Below the pieces are notes generated by a model. That model did not search any database, was not told where the DNA came from, and was given only the letters and a program-made list of their open reading frames with translations. Shown piece after piece: positions 60,888 to 64,000 of a stretch of 64,000 nucleotides of DNA. The position numbers and the translations under genes were made by a program. Position 1 is the first letter of the stretch; each line of letters opens with the position of its first letter. This DNA is from Dehalococcoidia bacterium (GTDB taxonomy: Bacteria > Chloroflexota > Dehalococcoidia > Plut-88900), in contig CBDFLQ010000007.1 in the NCBI GenBank assembly GCA_965249275.1, positions 480,001 to 544,000 on the forward strand, read 5' to 3'.

Positions 60888-62234
60888 ATGTCGGTCGTCT
60901 CCAAACTCCCCCTCGCGGGTCGGCTCACCTTCTTCTACGGCTGGCGCATCGTAGCCCTCGGCTTGTTACTCAACCTGATGACCGCGGGCCTGAGCTCCTC
61001 CGCCTTCTCCGTTTTCGTCAAGCCCATGGGCGACGATCTCGGCTGGTCCCGGGCTTCCATCGTACTAGCCGTCACTATAGCAACACTGGCCGCTGCGGTA
61101 TCCGGCCATTTCCTCGGGTTGGCCCTGGACAAGAAACACGGGGCTCGGCTTCTCACCACGGGCGGCATGCTGACAATCGGGATCAGCACCGTATTCATTG
61201 GCCAGGTGTATCAGAGCTGGCATCTCTATAGTCTCTTCTTCATCGCAGGAGCCGTCGGTCTCGCCGCATACCCGGGCCTCATAACCCCCACCATAGTCTC
61301 CAAGTGGTTCGTTCGTCGGCGGGGCATGGCCATTTCCTTTGCGAGTATGGGTCTGCCTTCCAGTGGATTCATCTTGAGCCCATATGCCAACTTACTCATT
61401 GAACATCTTGGCTGGCGGGACGCCTGGATTGTCCTTGGGCTGACGGCCCTGGCCGTTACGGTCCCAGCCTGTGCCCTATTCATGCGCCGCCGCCCCGAGG
61501 ACATCGGCCTCCGGCCCGACGGCGATGACCCTGCAGCCCCACGAGGCGCCGGTGAAATGATGCCCGTAGTTCCCGACGAGCATTCCTGGACCATCCCACA
61601 GGCCATTCGCACTCGGGCATTCTGGCTCATGCTCATCTCCAGCAGCCTCGGGATGTTTTGCTTTATCGGTGTCCTGATCAACTTCTTTGCTTTTGCCTCC
61701 GACGCCTCTATCGGATTTACCTCTGGTCAAGCAGGGTGGGCGTTCGCAACTTTCTCGTTCATTTCCCTTGCTGCCAAGGTCCCGTGGGCCTACCTCGCCG
61801 ACCGCCTCGATATCCGGGCGACTACTGCCTTCACCTATGCAGTGCCCGCCATAGCAATGGCCATCCTGATAAATGCCGACTCATTCTGGATGCTCGTTTT
61901 GTGGGGTCTCATATACGGAACGGGTGCATCGGGGATATCTCTACTGCCTTCCTTCGCATGGGGGTCATACTTCGGAAGGACCTTCCTCGGCTCCATAAGG
62001 GGCATAACATCCCCCATGACCTTCTTCGGTCAGGCCACAGGCCCTCTATTTGCCGCCTTGCTCTATGACAAACTAGGAAGCTACCAGGTTTCCTTCATAG
62101 TCTTCATCGGACTATTCCTGCTCTCCGCCGTTCTAATGCTCTTCGCCCGGAAGCCCGTGCCGCCCACCCCCGCCCCAACACCCGAAAACCAGCGCCTCTT
62201 CCCCGAAGACGCAGCCCGGAACATGGCCGGTTAA
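60888..62234 (+). CDS. MFS transporter
   Basis: FFYGWRIV, LGWSR, KWFVRRRG, GWRDAW, YFGR. Confidence 0.92.
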   Translation: MSVVSKLPLAGRLTFFYGWRIVALGLLLNLMTAGLSSSAFSVFVKPMGDDLGWSRASIVLAVTIATLAAAVSGHFLGLALDKKHGARLLTTGGMLTIGISTVFIGQVYQSWHLYSLFFIAGAVGLAAYPGLITPTIVSKWFVRRRGMAISFASMGLPSSGFILSPYANLLIEHLGWRDAWIVLGLTALAVTVPACALFMRRRPEDIGLRPDGDDPAAPRGAGEMMPVVPDEHSWTIPQAIRTRAFWLMLISSSLGMFCFIGVLINFFAFASDASIGFTSGQAGWAFATFSFISLAAKVPWAYLADRLDIRATTAFTYAVPAIAMAILINADSFWMLVLWGLIYGTGASGISLLPSFAWGSYFGRTFLGSIRGITSPMTFFGQATGPLFAALLYDKLGSYQVSFIVFIGLFLLSAVLMLFARKPVPPTPAPTPENQRLFPEDAARNMAG

Positions 62235-62295
62235 CCTTGGAGGATCACACTCTGCAGATTCGACCCAACCCCTGATTCGCTGTACACTGGCGCAT

Positions 62296-63642
62296 ATGCC
62301 CCTCCCCCCCAAGCTCTCTCCGGCAGGTCGGCTCACATTCTTCTACGGTTGGCGAATCGTAGCCCTCGGTTACTTACTCAACCTCATGACCGCGGGGCTG
62401 AGCTCCTCGACTTTCTCCGTCTTCGTAAAGCCCATGGGTGACGACCTAGGCTGGTCCCGGTCATCCACGATACTCGCCACGACCACCGGGACTGTGGCGG
62501 CGGCCGTATTCGGGCATTTTCTCGGCACAGTGCTGGACAAGAGGCACGGGGCCCGGCTTCTAACCACCGGCGGTATGATCACAATCGGCGTCTGCGCCAT
62601 CCTGTTCGGCTTCGTCCAGGAGACCTGGCACCTTTATGGGCTTTTCTTCATCGGCGGCGCCGTCGGACTCTACGCCTACCCCGGCCTCCTGACGCCAACC
62701 ATAGTCTCCAAGTGGTTCGTACGTCGGCGGGGCATGGCCATCTCCTTGGCCAGCATGGGTCTGCCATCTAGCGGCATTCTGCTTAGCCCTTATGCCAATT
62801 TACTCATAGCCCATCTGGGCTGGCGCGACGCCTGGATGGTCCTCGGCATAACGGCCCTGGTTGTCACGGTCCCCTTGTGCGCCCTATTTATGCGCCGACG
62901 CCCCGAGGACATAGGTCTCCGCACCGACAATGACGAACCGGCTTCACGCTTACGGTCCGGCAAGTTTGCCCCAGTACTGCCTGACGAACACTCCTGGACC
63001 ATCCGCCAGGCAATCGCCACTCGTTCGTTCTGGCTCATCCTCATCTCCAGCAGCCTGGGGATGATGTGCTTCATGGGCATACTGATCAATTTCTTTGCCT
63101 TCGCCACCGACACCGATGCCGGCTTCACAACAAACCAGGCATCCGTAGCCTTCGCCGCATTCTCCGGCTTTTCCCTCATAGGCAAGCTCCCGTGGGCCTA
63201 CCTCTCCGACCGCATAGACATTCGAATCTCCACCGTTTTCACGTATACGGTTCCCGCTGTTGGTATCGCCCTTCTCATCAACGCCGATGCATTCTGGATG
63301 CTTTTGCTCTGGGGTATCGTTTTCGGGACCGGCATCTCCGGTATTGCCCCTCTCCCAGCCTTAGCCTGGGGTTCATATTACGGTCGTACTTTCCTGGGCT
63401 CCATAAGAGGCGTGACATCTCCCATCGCTTTCCTAGCCCAGGCCTCGGGCCCCCTCTTTGCGGCCTTCCTGTACGACAATTTGGAAAGTTACCAAGCCTC
63501 CTTCTCCGTTTTCATCGGCCTGTTCCTTTTCTCAGGCTGCCTCATGCTCTTCGCCCGAAAGCCCGTGCCCCCCTCCCCCCTCCCAAAACCCGAGAGCCAA
63601 CGTCTCTTCCCTCAGGAAGTTGTCCATGACCTTGTTGGCTAG
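62296..63642 (+). CDS. MFS transporter (tandem paralog)
   Basis: same length (448 aa) and colinear with the previous gene. Confidence 0.92.
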   Translation: MPLPPKLSPAGRLTFFYGWRIVALGYLLNLMTAGLSSSTFSVFVKPMGDDLGWSRSSTILATTTGTVAAAVFGHFLGTVLDKRHGARLLTTGGMITIGVCAILFGFVQETWHLYGLFFIGGAVGLYAYPGLLTPTIVSKWFVRRRGMAISLASMGLPSSGILLSPYANLLIAHLGWRDAWMVLGITALVVTVPLCALFMRRRPEDIGLRTDNDEPASRLRSGKFAPVLPDEHSWTIRQAIATRSFWLILISSSLGMMCFMGILINFFAFATDTDAGFTTNQASVAFAAFSGFSLIGKLPWAYLSDRIDIRISTVFTYTVPAVGIALLINADAFWMLLLWGIVFGTGISGIAPLPALAWGSYYGRTFLGSIRGVTSPIAFLAQASGPLFAAFLYDNLESYQASFSVFIGLFLFSGCLMLFARKPVPPSPLPKPESQRLFPQEVVHDLVG

Positions 63643-63645
63643 CCC

Positions 63646-64000
63646 ATGAAACGCCGCCCCTTCTTCGGTTGGTGGGTTGTCCTTACAGGATTCATTGACC
63701 AATTCACTGCCGCGGGATTCGGCGTCTACGCCTTCAGCGTCCTCGTCAAGCCCATGTCCGATGACCCGGACCTGGGGTGGTCTTCTACCCAACTTGTCTG
63801 GGGCATCACCATCGGCATCGTCATAGCCACCAGCACCGGGCCTCTCTTCGGCCTATTCCTGGACAAGCGGCACGGTCCCCGACTCCTCATGCTCGCGTTT
63901 GGGCTGACCGGGGCCCTGGGCCTCGCACTCACAGGCCGGGTGGAGCATCTGTGGCAATACTATCTGGTCTTCGGGGTCGTCTCTGCCTTCTTCATCCACT
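63646..64000 (+). CDS. MFS transporter, third paralog (runs off the window)
   Basis: MKRRPFFGWWVV...FSVLVKPM...LGWS...LDKRHGPR. Confidence 0.85.
   Translation, partial: MKRRPFFGWWVVLTGFIDQFTAAGFGVYAFSVLVKPMSDDPDLGWSSTQLVWGITIGIVIATSTGPLFGLFLDKRHGPRLLMLAFGLTGALGLALTGRVEHLWQYYLVFGVVSAFFIH

Overview
GC-rich bacterial chromosomal window. Its gene content suggests Chloroflexota, possibly SAR202/Dehalococcoidia-like (inference from paralog expansions of LLM oxidoreductases, amidohydrolases, M24 hydrolases and MFS transporters, and from leaderless genes). It is mostly catabolic and housekeeping: katG, a tungsten-type aldehyde oxidoreductase operon with two large subunits, two B12 acyl-CoA mutase large subunits interleaved with two hicAB toxin-antitoxin pairs, nfo, csoR-YHS-copA, ilvD, a hydantoinase/oxoprolinase pair and several tandem paralog pairs. 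Two 1056-bp IS481-family copies sit in REP-like palindromes. The most unusual signal is non-coding. Two homologous loci (about 29108-29900 and 42210-42890) share a promoter with a LexA/SOS-like box and a conserved structured ~190-nt leader. In each, a perfect 15-16 bp covarying stem encloses a different hairpin-dense 495-nt or 364-nt interior with no convincing coding ORF. This is a candidate undescribed DNA-damage-inducible large-ncRNA cassette family. All calls come from reading the sequence by eye; no database searches were run.
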